The notes below the pieces were generated by a model, which saw nothing but the letters and a program-made list of their open reading frames with translations, was not told the DNA's origin and ran no database searches. Shown piece after piece: positions 11,553-20,730 of a stretch of 64,000 nt of DNA. The stretch comes from Gammaproteobacteria bacterium. Lineage in GTDB: Bacteria; Pseudomonadota; Gammaproteobacteria; Steroidobacterales; PWYM01. A program made the translations under genes and the position numbers. How positions within the stretch are numbered: position 1 is the first letter of the stretch; each line of letters starts with the position of its first letter. The stretch covers positions 5,290 to 69,289 of the forward strand of contig PWZL01000012.1 in NCBI GenBank assembly GCA_003567475.1. The letters run 5' to 3'.

Positions 11553-12196
11553 CCTATCCTTGACAGTCGCATCAGTCGCTTGAGGTCCTCATGGATGTCC
11601 TTGAGAGGCGTCCCTGCCGGATAGGCCATCATGAGGTTGCCGTTGGGGTCCACCAGGTAGACCCGACCGGCAGCCATCAATGCCGCCGGATTGTCGCCGC
11701 CGGGAAACGGCGTGAGCATCCGGTCGCGATCGTCCAGGTCCTCGAGCGAGGCGGCGATCAGTCCGGTGTGCTCGGTCTCGAGCCAGTTCCGGTCTGGCGC
11801 GGGCCCGGTATAGAGCAGCACACCGGTGACCCGGTTGCTCTCGCGCCCGAGTGCAAGGCGCAGCTGCCGGAGCTCAGTGATCCGTGCCCGGCAGGTCTGG
11901 TCACAGGGGCCGGGGGCGAGGTAGAGCAGCGTCCAGGTGCGCTCGAGGAACGCGCTCGCCGTCGTACCGCCGGTCGCCAACGGCAGCGTGAGCTGCGGCA
12001 GCGGCCGGGCGGGATGGATCAGCTCGCCCCGCTGGACGCCGGCATCAGGGCGCAGCTCGGTAAGCCCGTAGTACCAGAGAAACGACAGCCCCAACGGCAC
12101 AAAAAACAACGCCGCCAGGAAGAGGAATTTCCAGCGTTGCGCGCCTTGTCTATGTGCGTCCGATCTTGCGTCCACGGATGAATCCCAGCCAGACAT
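11549..12196 (-). CDS. Membrane-anchored thioredoxin-fold protein with CxxxC motif (SCO1/SenC-like), cytochrome oxidase cluster
   Basis: 215 aa with an N-terminal TM segment (WKFLFLAALFFVPLGLSFLWYY). LLYLAPGPCDQTCRARITEL is a CxxxC motif in a SCO-like position. It lies between SURF1 and ctaA, as an uncharacterised gene does in the Pseudomonas cox cluster (from memory). The start is uncertain because it overlaps the SURF1 end by 47 nt. Confidence 0.55.
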   Translation of the reverse strand: MSGWDSSVDARSDAHRQGAQRWKFLFLAALFFVPLGLSFLWYYGLTELRPDAGVQRGELIHPARPLPQLTLPLATGGTTASAFLERTWTLLYLAPGPCDQTCRARITELRQLRLALGRESNRVTGVLLYTGPAPDRNWLETEHTGLIAASLEDLDDRDRMLTPFPGGDNPAALMAAGRVYLVDPNGNLMMAYPAGTPLKDIHEDLKRLMRLSRIG

Positions 12197-12899
12197 AAAT
12201 CACCACCAGCACCGCTGCAAAGGCAAACCACTGCAATGCATAGCCCAGGTGGCGCTCGGGTGGCATGTTGACCACTTCCCAGCGCCGGCTGTATCCGCCA
12301 GGCTGGTCTGGAGCCAGCTGGACCTGAAGGTCCGTCAGCGGCTCTCCGAACGCTGCCGCCAGCGTTTCGTGTTCCGGGTACAGGAACCGGCGAGGCCAGG
12401 GGTCTTCGGGGTCGCCCGGTTCGTTGCCCCCGAGCCGCAGGCCCGGTCTCGGCAGCCGATTCAACTGGCCGACGAGTTCCCGGGGCGCCTCATCGATCGC
12501 CAGGGCCGGCAGCTCGCCACGCGGGCCCTCGGCGGCCAGCCAGCCACGGTTCACAAGCACCATATCGCCATCGTCGAGCCAGAACGGCGTCAATACCTGG
12601 TAGCCGACCTGTCCGTCCTGGGCCATATTATCCAGCAAAACCTGGCGCGCTGCTTCGTATCGACCTGCAAGCACCACCGTGCGGTAGCGCCACAGAGTCT
12701 CCGGCAGGTGCGCGGCGGGCAGACGCGTCAGCGTTTCTTCGCGGCCAAGCTCGGCCTCGGCCAGGATCAGGCGTTTCTCCTCGGCGCGCTGCAGCTGCCA
12801 ATGGCCGAGTGCCAGAAACACCCCGAGACCGAGCAGGGTGGCGAGGGTCGCCCAGATCGGCGGCCGCGGCGGTCGCGCGGTATACTCAGGGTTCGTCAT
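12150..12899 (-). CDS. SURF1-family cytochrome oxidase assembly protein
   Basis: 249 aa. LALGHWQLQRAEEKRLIL and ...LVNRGWL... are SURF1 signatures. It has N- and C-terminal TM segments. Confidence 0.85.
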   Translation of the reverse strand: MTNPEYTARPPRPPIWATLATLLGLGVFLALGHWQLQRAEEKRLILAEAELGREETLTRLPAAHLPETLWRYRTVVLAGRYEAARQVLLDNMAQDGQVGYQVLTPFWLDDGDMVLVNRGWLAAEGPRGELPALAIDEAPRELVGQLNRLPRPGLRLGGNEPGDPEDPWPRRFLYPEHETLAAAFGEPLTDLQVQLAPDQPGGYSRRWEVVNMPPERHLGYALQWFAFAAVLVVIYVWLGFIRGRKIGRT

Positions 12900-12914
12900 G
12901 TTGCGGTACTGCCC

Positions 12915-13112
12915 ATGAAACTCGTCATCCTGATGGTCTTCGCAGCGATCCTCGCCAGCCTCGGTATGGCGTTGTTTCAGCTGGTCCGGGGCGGTGATTC
13001 CCGCAAAATGGCCAACGCCCTGACCGTGAGAATTTCCCTGTCGGTCCTGCTGTTTCTCGCCCTGTTCGTCGCCTGGGGCGGCGGCTTGATCCAGCCCGGC
13101 GGCCTCCGCTGA
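12915..13112 (+). CDS. Twin-transmembrane-helix small protein (DUF2909)
   Basis: ORF 12249..13112 trimmed to the ATG at 12915: MKLVILMVFAAILASLGMALFQLVRGGDSRKMANALTVRISLSVLLFLALFVAWGGGL. It is 65 aa and is divergent from SURF1, as in other cox clusters. Confidence 0.7.
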   Translation: MKLVILMVFAAILASLGMALFQLVRGGDSRKMANALTVRISLSVLLFLALFVAWGGGLIQPGGLR

Positions 13113-13158
13113 CGCGCGCCGCGTTAACCTGCGACCTCATTGACTTCGTTCGAAGACG

Positions 13159-13185
13159 AAAAAGGCGCGGATGCCGCGCCTTTTT
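13159..13185. terminator. Bidirectional rho-independent terminator between DUF2909 (+) and coxC (-)
   Basis: AAAAA-GGCGCGG-atg-CCGCGCC-TTTTT. A GC stem is flanked by an A-run and a T-run, so it reads as a terminator on both strands. Confidence 0.65.
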
Positions 13186-13225
13186 CGTGATTCCGGAAGC
13201 CCTGCTGCTGCGCGTCGTGCCGGCC

Positions 13226-14089
13226 TCAGAACCAGTAGACGAACAGGTACAGGCCCAGCCACACCACGTCAACAAAGTGCCAGTACCAGGCCGTGGCTTC
13301 GAATGCGAAGTGCTGTTTCGGGGTGAAATGGCCCTTGACGCACCGCAGCCAGACGACCACAAGCATCAAGGCGCCAAGCGCGACATGAAACCCGTGAAAG
13401 CCCGTCAGCATGAAGAAGGTTGAGCCGTAGATGCCGGTATCCAGGCGCAGGTTGTAGTCGCGGTACAGTTCCACGTACTCGTAGGCCTGGAGTCCGAGGA
13501 AGATGAAGCCGAGCAGCCAGGTGGCGCCGAGAAAGCCCAGCAGTGTCGCGCGCTTGCCGTCACGCAGTGCATGGTGGGCTATGGTCAACGTGACGCCCGA
13601 CGTCAGCAGAATCGCCGTGTTGATGGCCGGCAGTCCGAGCGGCCCGATGGGTGTGAACTCGCCGCCGACATTGGCTGGACCGTCGGTAGGCCAGCCGGCT
13701 TCAAAGCCGTCCCAGAGCAGCAGGTTGGTGAAAAACCCGACACCCTCGCCCCCCAGCCACGGCACGGCCAGCGTGCGGGCATAAAACAGGGCGCCGAAGA
13801 AGGCTGCGAAGAACATGACTTCGGAGAAGATGAACCAGATCATTCCCTGGCGGAAGGAGCGATCCACCTGGGCCGAGTAATAGCCGGCGACGCTCTCCCG
13901 GATGACATCGCGAAACCAGCCAAAAAACATGAACAGCACAATGCCAAGGCCAACGAAGGCAGGCCAGCCGAACCCGCTGCCGTTGAGTGCATTGGCAGCG
14001 CCGAGCATGAGCACGAACAGGCCGATCGAGCCGACGATCGGCCACCAGCTGCCATGCGGGACGTAGTACTTGCCAGGTGCGTGAGCCAT
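13226..14089 (-). CDS. coxC: Cytochrome c oxidase subunit III
   Basis: 287 aa, 7 TM segments. ...FFMLTGFHGFHVALG... and the WYWHFVDVVWL C-terminal motif are present. Confidence 0.92.
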   Translation of the reverse strand: MAHAPGKYYVPHGSWWPIVGSIGLFVLMLGAANALNGSGFGWPAFVGLGIVLFMFFGWFRDVIRESVAGYYSAQVDRSFRQGMIWFIFSEVMFFAAFFGALFYARTLAVPWLGGEGVGFFTNLLLWDGFEAGWPTDGPANVGGEFTPIGPLGLPAINTAILLTSGVTLTIAHHALRDGKRATLLGFLGATWLLGFIFLGLQAYEYVELYRDYNLRLDTGIYGSTFFMLTGFHGFHVALGALMLVVVWLRCVKGHFTPKQHFAFEATAWYWHFVDVVWLGLYLFVYWF

Positions 14090-14091
14090 GT

Positions 14092-14691
14092 TTACCTCGA
14101 AGCCTTTTCGGTCTGGTTCTTGTCAGTCAGGCCAGCCACCGTCTGGCCGGCGAAAAAGGTGTAGGAGAGCGTGACCCGGTCCACGTGGCGAGGCAGATTC
14201 GGGTCGATGATGAACACCACCGGCATGTCCCGCTCTTCGTCGGGGAGGAAGGCCTGAGGTGTAAAGCAGAAGCATTCGGTTTTCTGGAAATGCCGCGCGG
14301 CGGAGCCCGGGGCGACGCTGGGGACGGCGTGTCCCGTGAGCTGGCCGCTGGTCCGGTTACGGGCGACATAGTGGGTCTGGTACAGCCGACCCGGGTGGAC
14401 TTCCATGGTCGTCACCGCCGGCTGGAAATCCCAGGGTGCGAAGCCCCCGAGGGTCGCGACGAACTCCACGGTGATCGTGCGGGACTCGTCGGGACGCTCG
14501 ATGACCACGGCCGCCTCGGTGTTGGTCCGTCCGCCGAATCCGGTCACTTCGCAGAACACGTCGTAGAGTGGCACCAGCGCAAACCCGAACGCGAACATTC
14601 CGCCGGCCATCAGCAACAGCTTCCCGACCAGCGCGCGGTTTCCGCCGCGTGCCGGTGGCTCGTCGGTCTGTGCTTCGTGGCGCTCGCTCAT
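14092..14691 (-). CDS. ctaG: Cytochrome c oxidase assembly protein Cox11/CtaG
   Basis: 199 aa with a single TM segment. It has [16 protein letters not shown] and the CFCF copper-binding motif ([10 protein letters not shown]). Confidence 0.9.
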   Translation of the reverse strand: MSERHEAQTDEPPARGGNRALVGKLLLMAGGMFAFGFALVPLYDVFCEVTGFGGRTNTEAAVVIERPDESRTITVEFVATLGGFAPWDFQPAVTTMEVHPGRLYQTHYVARNRTSGQLTGHAVPSVAPGSAARHFQKTECFCFTPQAFLPDEERDMPVVFIIDPNLPRHVDRVTLSYTFFAGQTVAGLTDKNQTEKASR

Positions 14692-14695
14692 GTCC

Positions 14696-14818
14696 TTACT
14701 CCACTGCAGCGCGGGTGACCGCCATCACGATGAACGTCAGGTAGAAGGCGAGAGCCAGCGCACCGAGCACCAGCGCGCTGGCGATCACCCGGCGGCGTCT
14801 GTCCGAATCGTCTGCCAC
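14696..14818 (-). CDS. Candidate 40-aa single-TM protein between coxA and cox11 (cytochrome oxidase small assembly protein-like)
   Basis: Below the ORF-track size cut-off. My translation from the GTG at 14818-14816, which lies 2 nt after the coxA stop, is (M)[39 protein letters not shown]. It has a charged N-terminus plus one hydrophobic helix. Its stop lies 5 nt before the cox11 ATG. Confidence 0.45.
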   Translation of the reverse strand: MADDSDRRRRVIASALVLGALALAFYLTFIVMAVTRAAVE

Positions 14819-14819
14819 T

Positions 14820-16403
14820 TCACTTGACCTGTGGGGCCTCGTCGAAGGTGTGGTGTGGCGCGGGCGAGGGCACGGTCCACTCCAGGCCTTTCGGCGAATC
14901 CCAGACTTCCGCGGTCGCCTTCGCGCCGCCCCGGATCGCCTTGAAGATGATGTAGACGAACATCAGCTGTGACAGCCCGAAGATGAAGGCGCCGATACTC
15001 GACATCATGTTGAAGTTGGCGAACTGGGTGGCGTAGTCGGGAATGCGCCGCGGCATGCCGGCAAGCCCGAGGAAGTGCTGGGGGAAAAAAGTGACATTGA
15101 CACCGATCACCGACAGCCAGAAGTGGATCTTGCCGAGGGTCTCGTCGTACATGTGGCCGGTCCACTTCGGCAGCCAGTAGTAGACGCCGGCCATGATGGC
15201 AAAGACTGCGCCCGGGACCAGTACGTAGTGGAAGTGGGCCACCACGAAATACGAGTCATGGTACTGGTAATCGGCCGGCACGATGGAGAGCATCAATCCG
15301 GAGAAGCCGCCGATGGTGAACAGAAACAGGAAGGCGATGGCGAACAGCATCGGCGTCTCGAAGCTCATCGCGCCCCGCCACATGGTTGCTGTCCAGTTGA
15401 ACACCTTCACGCCGGTAGGCACCGCGATCAGCATGGTGGCGAACATGAAGAACAGCTGGCCTGCCAGCGGCATGCCGACCGTGAACATGTGGTGGGCCCA
15501 GACGATGAACGACAGGAAGGCGATCGACGCTGTGGCATAGACCATCGCGTCGTAGCCGAACAGCGGCTTGCGCGCGAAGGTCGGGATGATCTCCGAGATG
15601 ATACCGAAGGCCGGGAGGATCATGATGTAGACCTCCGGATGCCCGAAGAACCAGAAGATATGCTGGTACATGACCGGATCGCCACCGCCGGCGGCGTGAA
15701 AGAAGGTGGTCCCGAAGAACTGGTCGGTCAGCAGCATGGTGACCGCGCCGGCGAGCACCGGCATGACAGCGATCAGCAGGTAGGCGGTGATCAGCCAGGT
15801 CCAGGTGAACAGCGGCATCTTCAGCAGCGTCATGCCCGGAGCACGCATGTTCATGATGGTCACCACCACGTTGATCGCGCCCATGATCGACGAGATACCC
15901 ATCAAATGGATGGCCAGAATCACGAACGGCAGCGCGTCACCGGTCTGCTGCACCAGCGGCGGGTAGAGTGTCCAGCCGCTGGCCGGCGCTCCGCCTGGCA
16001 TGAACAGGGTGGACAGCAGCAGCGTGAAGGCGAACGGCAGAATCCAGAAGGAGAAATTGTTCATGCGTGGCAGCGCCATGTCCGGCGCGCCGATCTGCAA
16101 CGGAATCATCCAGTTGGCCAGGCCCACGAAGGCTGGCATGACAGCGCCGAAAATCATGATCAGCGCGTGCATGGTGGTCATCTGGTTGAAGAACTCGGGC
16201 TGCACGTACTGCAGGCCCGGCTGGAACAGCTCGAGGCGGATGATCAGCGCCATGGCACCGCCAACGAAGAACATCAGCAGCGCAAACAGCAGGTACATCG
16301 TGCCGATGTCTTTGTGGTTGGTGGTCGTCAGCCAACGCACGATCCCTGTCGGTGCGTTGTGGTGGTCGTCGTGGGCTGGTGCGTGGGTGGCGGTAGTGCT
16401 CAT
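14820..16403 (-). CDS. coxA: Cytochrome c oxidase subunit I
   Basis: ORF 14820..16430 trimmed to the ATG at 16403 (GGAGAG 7 nt upstream). It has TTNHKDIGTMYL, WFFGHPEVYIMILPAFG and HHMFTVG heme-copper oxidase motifs. Confidence 0.95.
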   Translation of the reverse strand: MSTTATHAPAHDDHHNAPTGIVRWLTTTNHKDIGTMYLLFALLMFFVGGAMALIIRLELFQPGLQYVQPEFFNQMTTMHALIMIFGAVMPAFVGLANWMIPLQIGAPDMALPRMNNFSFWILPFAFTLLLSTLFMPGGAPASGWTLYPPLVQQTGDALPFVILAIHLMGISSIMGAINVVVTIMNMRAPGMTLLKMPLFTWTWLITAYLLIAVMPVLAGAVTMLLTDQFFGTTFFHAAGGGDPVMYQHIFWFFGHPEVYIMILPAFGIISEIIPTFARKPLFGYDAMVYATASIAFLSFIVWAHHMFTVGMPLAGQLFFMFATMLIAVPTGVKVFNWTATMWRGAMSFETPMLFAIAFLFLFTIGGFSGLMLSIVPADYQYHDSYFVVAHFHYVLVPGAVFAIMAGVYYWLPKWTGHMYDETLGKIHFWLSVIGVNVTFFPQHFLGLAGMPRRIPDYATQFANFNMMSSIGAFIFGLSQLMFVYIIFKAIRGGAKATAEVWDSPKGLEWTVPSPAPHHTFDEAPQVK

Positions 16404-16478
16404 TGCTGCTCTCTCCATGTCGCGGGCCACGTTGGCCGCGAACTCACGTCCCTGTCAGGCTGCTGCGGTTCGATGGCC

Positions 16479-17321
16479 CTAGCGGTGTGTCGACGCCACC
16501 GGACGGTCGCCCAGCTCGCCGCGCTGCATGGCCAGCCAGGCCTGGTAATCCTCCTGGCTCTTCACTTCCACGACGATCGGCATGAAGCCGTGATCGCGAC
16601 CGCAGAGCTCGGCGCACTGGCCACGGAACACGCCGGTTTCGTTCGCCTGGAACCAGACCTCGTTGATAAAGCCCGGAATCGCATCCTTCTTGACCGCAAA
16701 ATCGGGCACCCACCAGGCGTGGATGACATCGCCGGCAGTCAACAGCAGCCGTACCTTGGCATCGACGGGCACGACCATGCGATTGTCCACTTCCAGCAGG
16801 TAGTTCTCCACGCTGAACGGATCGATCCCGGAGCCCAGCTGGCGGGCCCGGTCGCTGTCCGGATGCAGGCGGCTGAAAAAGCGCACGTCTTCGTCCAGAT
16901 ACTCGTATTCCCACAGCCACTGGTAGCCGGTGACCTTGATGGTCAGGTCCGAACCGCTGGTGTCTTCCATGCGGACCAGCGTCTCGGTGGCCGGGATCGC
17001 CATGCCGATGAGAATGAACACGGGAATGACCGTCCAGACGATCTCGACCTTGGTGCTGTGCGAGAACTTTGCCGGCTCGACGCCGAGTGATTTCCGGTGG
17101 CGGAAAATCGAATAGATCATGGCCGAAAACACGATGACGCCAATGATCACGCAGATCCACAGGATGGTCATGTGCAAACGGTAGACATCGGCACTGATGT
17201 CGGTGATCCCGACGGGCATGTTCAGCTGCCAGTCGTTCGCCAGCGCGGCCCCGGGCGCGAGCAGGGTGGCCAGGGTGGCCAGAGCGGCCCCCGGGCCGCG
17301 GCGGAAAAGTGATCTGGGCAT
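16479..17321 (-). CDS. coxB: Cytochrome c oxidase subunit II
   Basis: ORF 16479..17417 is probably trimmed to MPRSLFRRGPGAALATLATLLAPGAALA (ATG at 17321; the start is uncertain). It has the CuA site HAWWVPDF...CAELCGRDHGFM. Confidence 0.9.
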   Translation of the reverse strand: MPRSLFRRGPGAALATLATLLAPGAALANDWQLNMPVGITDISADVYRLHMTILWICVIIGVIVFSAMIYSIFRHRKSLGVEPAKFSHSTKVEIVWTVIPVFILIGMAIPATETLVRMEDTSGSDLTIKVTGYQWLWEYEYLDEDVRFFSRLHPDSDRARQLGSGIDPFSVENYLLEVDNRMVVPVDAKVRLLLTAGDVIHAWWVPDFAVKKDAIPGFINEVWFQANETGVFRGQCAELCGRDHGFMPIVVEVKSQEDYQAWLAMQRGELGDRPVASTHR

Positions 17322-17423
17322 CCTCGTGAATCTCTCTGCTGAGGTGTCGCGGGGCCGTTCCATCCGCCCCCGGGCTGAGTCAGTGGCACCTCTGTGGGGT
17401 GCCAGTGCGGCCGGCATTGTATA

Positions 17424-17909
17424 TCAAAGGCTCGCGGGCTTCCCGTGCACCACGGCCCGTCCCTGGGCGAGCAGTTCGGCCAGTCGGGCCTGCAGGCTGG
17501 CCCGCTCTTCGTCGGTGAGAAAATCGCCGATTTCGCAACTGCGACCATGGCCTCGCAGAAACAGCCGACTGGGATGATGCCGATGCTCCGCGGGTTCCAG
17601 CCGCGCCTGCGTCCAGCCTCGCGGAAACTCCATGCGCTGGTGTCCGTCCAGCCGGTATTTCTCCACGACGATGCGCTGGGGTTCCAGCAGCAGCGTGTCG
17701 CGCTGACGGGACTTTCGCATGCTGTGCCAGATGGCCCACCCCAGCAGGCCCAGCTCAAGGCCGGCAAACGGCAGAATCGGCCAGTACCCCTGGGCGACGA
17801 ACACCATGGCGATGAACAGCGACGCGCCGGCCATCGAGCCGAAAAAAATCGCAGCTGTCTGCCAGGACAGCGATCCGTTGGGGGTGAGTTCGATACGGTG
17901 CACAGACAA
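17424..17909 (-). CDS. DUF2244 integral membrane protein (cox-cluster associated)
   Basis: 161 aa. ...LTPNGSLSW... is followed by two TM helices. It is the first gene of the cox operon. I recall DUF2244 in this position in other cox loci. Confidence 0.7.
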   Translation of the reverse strand: MSVHRIELTPNGSLSWQTAAIFFGSMAGASLFIAMVFVAQGYWPILPFAGLELGLLGWAIWHSMRKSRQRDTLLLEPQRIVVEKYRLDGHQRMEFPRGWTQARLEPAEHRHHPSRLFLRGHGRSCEIGDFLTDEERASLQARLAELLAQGRAVVHGKPASL

Positions 17910-17979
17910 TTCCGTTTGTCTCCGCGACGGCCGGACACTCCTGGGCCAGTGGTCGAAATTTAACCGATTCCGCGGGGCA

Positions 17980-18018
17980 GTGCAAACTGACCACCAGTCG
18001 GATAATCCCGGTGCAAAC
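17980..18018. promoter_or_regulatory. Direct repeat GTGCAAAC x2 upstream of the cox operon (possible regulator site)
   Basis: GTGCAAAC occurs at 17980-17987 and 18011-18018, with 31 bp between starts. The repeats lie 70-110 bp upstream of the DUF2244 start at 17909. On the minus strand they read C(A/T)GTTTGCAC. Confidence 0.3.
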
Positions 18019-18050
18019 AGTAATTTGCGCGCTTCTCACAAGGCGCGGTG

Positions 18051-18965
18051 TCAGGGTCCGGATGGCCGTCGGCGCACGCGGCTGAGCGGTATCCTGACCT
18101 CGTGACTGGCGCTGTCGCGCGGGCCTGACACCGCCTGCCCCCAGGCGTGTCCGTACACGACCTCGAGGGTTGTGGGCAGCCGACCGTGGCGTCGCGTGAG
18201 TTCCAGGGCCTGGAGCAGCCGGGCATGCCCGACCCGTCCCAGCAGCCCGCGGGGCCGCCCCGCCAGGACGTTCCCCGGGGTGGTCGCGCGCAGGTCGCGA
18301 AACAGCGCCTCTGGAGTCTGGTGGCTGATGGCCAGGCGTTCGGTGTCCATGACCGGGGCGGCCAGGCCAGCGCGTTGCAGCGCATCACCGAGGTCGTGCA
18401 TGTCCAGAAACAGATTGACATGGGCGGACGCATCGACGGCGCGCCAGGCGCCCCGCAGCTCGCACAGCGTGTCCGGGCCAAAGGTGTTGAACAGCAACAG
18501 TCCGCCCGGGCGCAGCACCCGGCGGCACTCGGCGAAGACCGCGCCGGGATCCGCGTGCCAGTGCAGCAGCAGACTGGAGAACACCAGATCGATGGTGCTG
18601 TCGGCCAGTGGTAAGGCCGCCGCGTCGCACAGCAGTGGCCGCACCCGCCGGCGCAGCCGCCAACCTCGCCGCGCCACCAGCCCCCCGAGCATGCCTGCGG
18701 ACAGGTCGGCCGCCAGCACGTCTGCGCGGCGATAGCGTCGGGCCAGCGCGAAGCTGGCGTCGCCATCGGCACAGCCGAGGTCGAGAATCCGCCTCGGCTC
18801 CAGGCGAATGAGGTCCAGCCGCTCCAGCAGACGTTCGCGCAGCAGCGGCTCGATGAAGGCATGCTGGCGGTAACCGGCGGCTTTGCGGTCGAAGCCACGC
18901 GCCACCCGCACGGACTGCGGGGTGAGGGCCGCAGCGGTGCTGGCGTTGGCATCTCCGCCCGGCAT
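18051..18965 (-). CDS. bioC: Malonyl-ACP O-methyltransferase BioC
   Basis: ORF trimmed to the ATG at 18965, 8 nt after the bioB stop. It has F.R.A..Y..HA.IE.LL, SAM motif I ILDLGCADG, ...LPLADSTIDLVFSSLLLHW... and ...RRVLRPGGLLLFNTFGPDTLCELR.... Together these give a BioC-type profile. Confidence 0.78.
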   Translation of the reverse strand: MPGGDANASTAAALTPQSVRVARGFDRKAAGYRQHAFIEPLLRERLLERLDLIRLEPRRILDLGCADGDASFALARRYRRADVLAADLSAGMLGGLVARRGWRLRRRVRPLLCDAAALPLADSTIDLVFSSLLLHWHADPGAVFAECRRVLRPGGLLLFNTFGPDTLCELRGAWRAVDASAHVNLFLDMHDLGDALQRAGLAAPVMDTERLAISHQTPEALFRDLRATTPGNVLAGRPRGLLGRVGHARLLQALELTRRHGRLPTTLEVVYGHAWGQAVSGPRDSASHEVRIPLSRVRRRPSGP

Positions 18966-18972
18966 GGCAGCC

Positions 18973-19974
18973 TCAGTGCCCGACTGCGGTCTCCGGGGCG
19001 ATACCCAGACGGCCCAGCAGCGCACGGTCCTGGTCGGCCTCGGGGTTGGGGGTGGTCAGCAGCTGCTCACCGTAGAAAATCGAGTTCGCGCCGGCATAGA
19101 AGGCCAGCGCCTGGGTCTCGTCGCTGAGTGCGCTGCGCCCCGCCGACAGCCGGATCCGGCTGGCCGGCATGAGGATGCGCGCGACGGCAATGGTGCGTAC
19201 GAACTCGATCGGGTCCAGCGGTTCGGCATGCTCGAGTGGCGTCCCCGGCACGCGCACCAGATGATTGATCGGCACACTCTCCGGTGGGCTGGGCAGCGTC
19301 GCGAGCTGGCGCAGGAGCGCCACGCGGTCCTCACGGGTTTCGCCCATGCCGACAATGCCGCCACAGCAGACCTTCAGACCCGCAGCACGGACCTCAGCCA
19401 GCGTTTCCAGGCGCTCGGCATACGGTCGGGTGGTGATGATCTCAGCGTAATACCGCTCCGAAGTGTCGAGATTGTGGTTGTAGTAATCAAGGCCCGCCTC
19501 CTTGAGCTGCCTGGCCTGGTCGGCGTCGAGCGTGCCGAGCGTGCAGCAGGTCTCCAGGCCGAGCGCCGCCACTGCGCTGATCATCTCCGAAATACGGGCC
19601 ACTTCGCGCGGTCGGGGCTTGCGGTAGGCCGCACCCATGCAAAACCGCGTCGCACCGCGGGCCTTGGCTGTCTCGGCTGCCGCCACCACCGCCTCCAGCG
19701 GCATGAGTTTCTCTGCCGTGAGTCCGGTGTCGAAGTGCACACTCTGCGGGCAGTAGGCGCAGTCCTCCGGGCACGCCCCGGTCTTGATCGACAGCAGGGT
19801 GCTGATCTGCATTTCCGGCACGGGGAAGTGCGCGAGATGGGCCTGGCGCGCCTGATCCAGCAGCTGCGGAAAGGGCAGATCGAACAGTGCGGTCACGTGC
19901 TGCACCGTCCAATCGCGCCGCGGTTGCTCGCGGCCTGCCGAATCCTGAGGTTCTGCCGCGTAAGTGTGCTTCAT
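18973..19974 (-). CDS. bioB: Biotin synthase
   Basis: ORF 18973..20388 trimmed to MKHTYAAE (ATG at 19974). It has the radical-SAM cluster motif [11 protein letters not shown] and ...YNHNLDTSE..., and is 333 aa. Confidence 0.93.
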   Translation of the reverse strand: MKHTYAAEPQDSAGREQPRRDWTVQHVTALFDLPFPQLLDQARQAHLAHFPVPEMQISTLLSIKTGACPEDCAYCPQSVHFDTGLTAEKLMPLEAVVAAAETAKARGATRFCMGAAYRKPRPREVARISEMISAVAALGLETCCTLGTLDADQARQLKEAGLDYYNHNLDTSERYYAEIITTRPYAERLETLAEVRAAGLKVCCGGIVGMGETREDRVALLRQLATLPSPPESVPINHLVRVPGTPLEHAEPLDPIEFVRTIAVARILMPASRIRLSAGRSALSDETQALAFYAGANSIFYGEQLLTTPNPEADQDRALLGRLGIAPETAVGH

Positions 19975-20037
19975 GGATGGTCTTTCCCGCTCGAAAATGG
20001 ACCGCGAGTATTCGAGGCTGGCGAGGGGGCTGTCAAC

Positions 20038-20706
20038 TTGCGATCCGCCAATCATCCGCACCGCAGGTTCGCGCCCGGTCGACTCTGGCCGCGGGAATGT
20101 CTGCTCTGTCAGCAGACCACCGGCGAGGCGTTCTTCTGTCCGGCCTGCCGTCGAGAGCTGCCCCGCGCGGACCCCGACGGTCCCTGCGCGGGTGAGCAAC
20201 GCGCGCGGCGGCAGGCGCCGCCGTGGCGCCAGGCGTGGATTCCGTGGCGCTACGCCTGGCCGATAGATCGGTTGGTCATCGGGATCAAGTTCGCCCGGCG
20301 CCTGGCCTGGGCCAGGGCGCTGGGCGAACTGCTCGCCGAGGAGATTCCGGCCGCAGACAGCGATCTGGTCGTGCCGGTCCCGCTGCATCCTGCGCGGCTT
20401 GCCGTCCGCGGCTTCAACCAGGCTCAGGAGATTGCCTTGCCGGTGGCCCGCCGGCTCGCGCTGCCGCTGTCTCCCGAGGCTGCCCGCCGCTGGCGCGCGA
20501 CCCGGCCCCAGTCAACGCTGTCTGCCGCAGAGCGACAGCTCAATGCGGCAGGGGCATTCCGGGTCAACCGGGCCGCCATCGAGGGCCGACGGGTGTTGCT
20601 GGTCGATGACGTGGTCACCACCGGGGCCACCGCCGCGTCGCTCGCCAGCGCAGTCTCGGCGGCTGGCGCAGTCGAGGTCACCCTGGCGGCCGTTGCGCGC
20701 GCCTGA
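20038..20706 (+). CDS. comF: ComF-family protein (amidophosphoribosyltransferase-like)
   Basis: This is the 3' part of ORF 18883..20706. It has Cys pairs CLLCQ...CPACRREL and the PRTase motif [16 protein letters not shown]. There is no in-frame ATG, so I propose the TTG at 20038 (GAGGGGG 8 nt upstream). The gene is divergent from bioB. Confidence 0.75.
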   Translation: MRSANHPHRRFAPGRLWPRECLLCQQTTGEAFFCPACRRELPRADPDGPCAGEQRARRQAPPWRQAWIPWRYAWPIDRLVIGIKFARRLAWARALGELLAEEIPAADSDLVVPVPLHPARLAVRGFNQAQEIALPVARRLALPLSPEAARRWRATRPQSTLSAAERQLNAAGAFRVNRAAIEGRRVLLVDDVVTTGATAASLASAVSAAGAVEVTLAAVARA

Positions 20707-20730
20707 GTGGCCGAGTGGCGAGTCAGCGCT

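Noticed and set aside
18883-20037. 5' two-thirds of the 607-aa plus-strand ORF that ends as comF
   Set aside because: That part is antisense to bioB/bioC and has no ComF-like sequence. ComF homology (Cys pairs, PRTase motif) begins only after about 20040, so the gene was trimmed to a TTG start.
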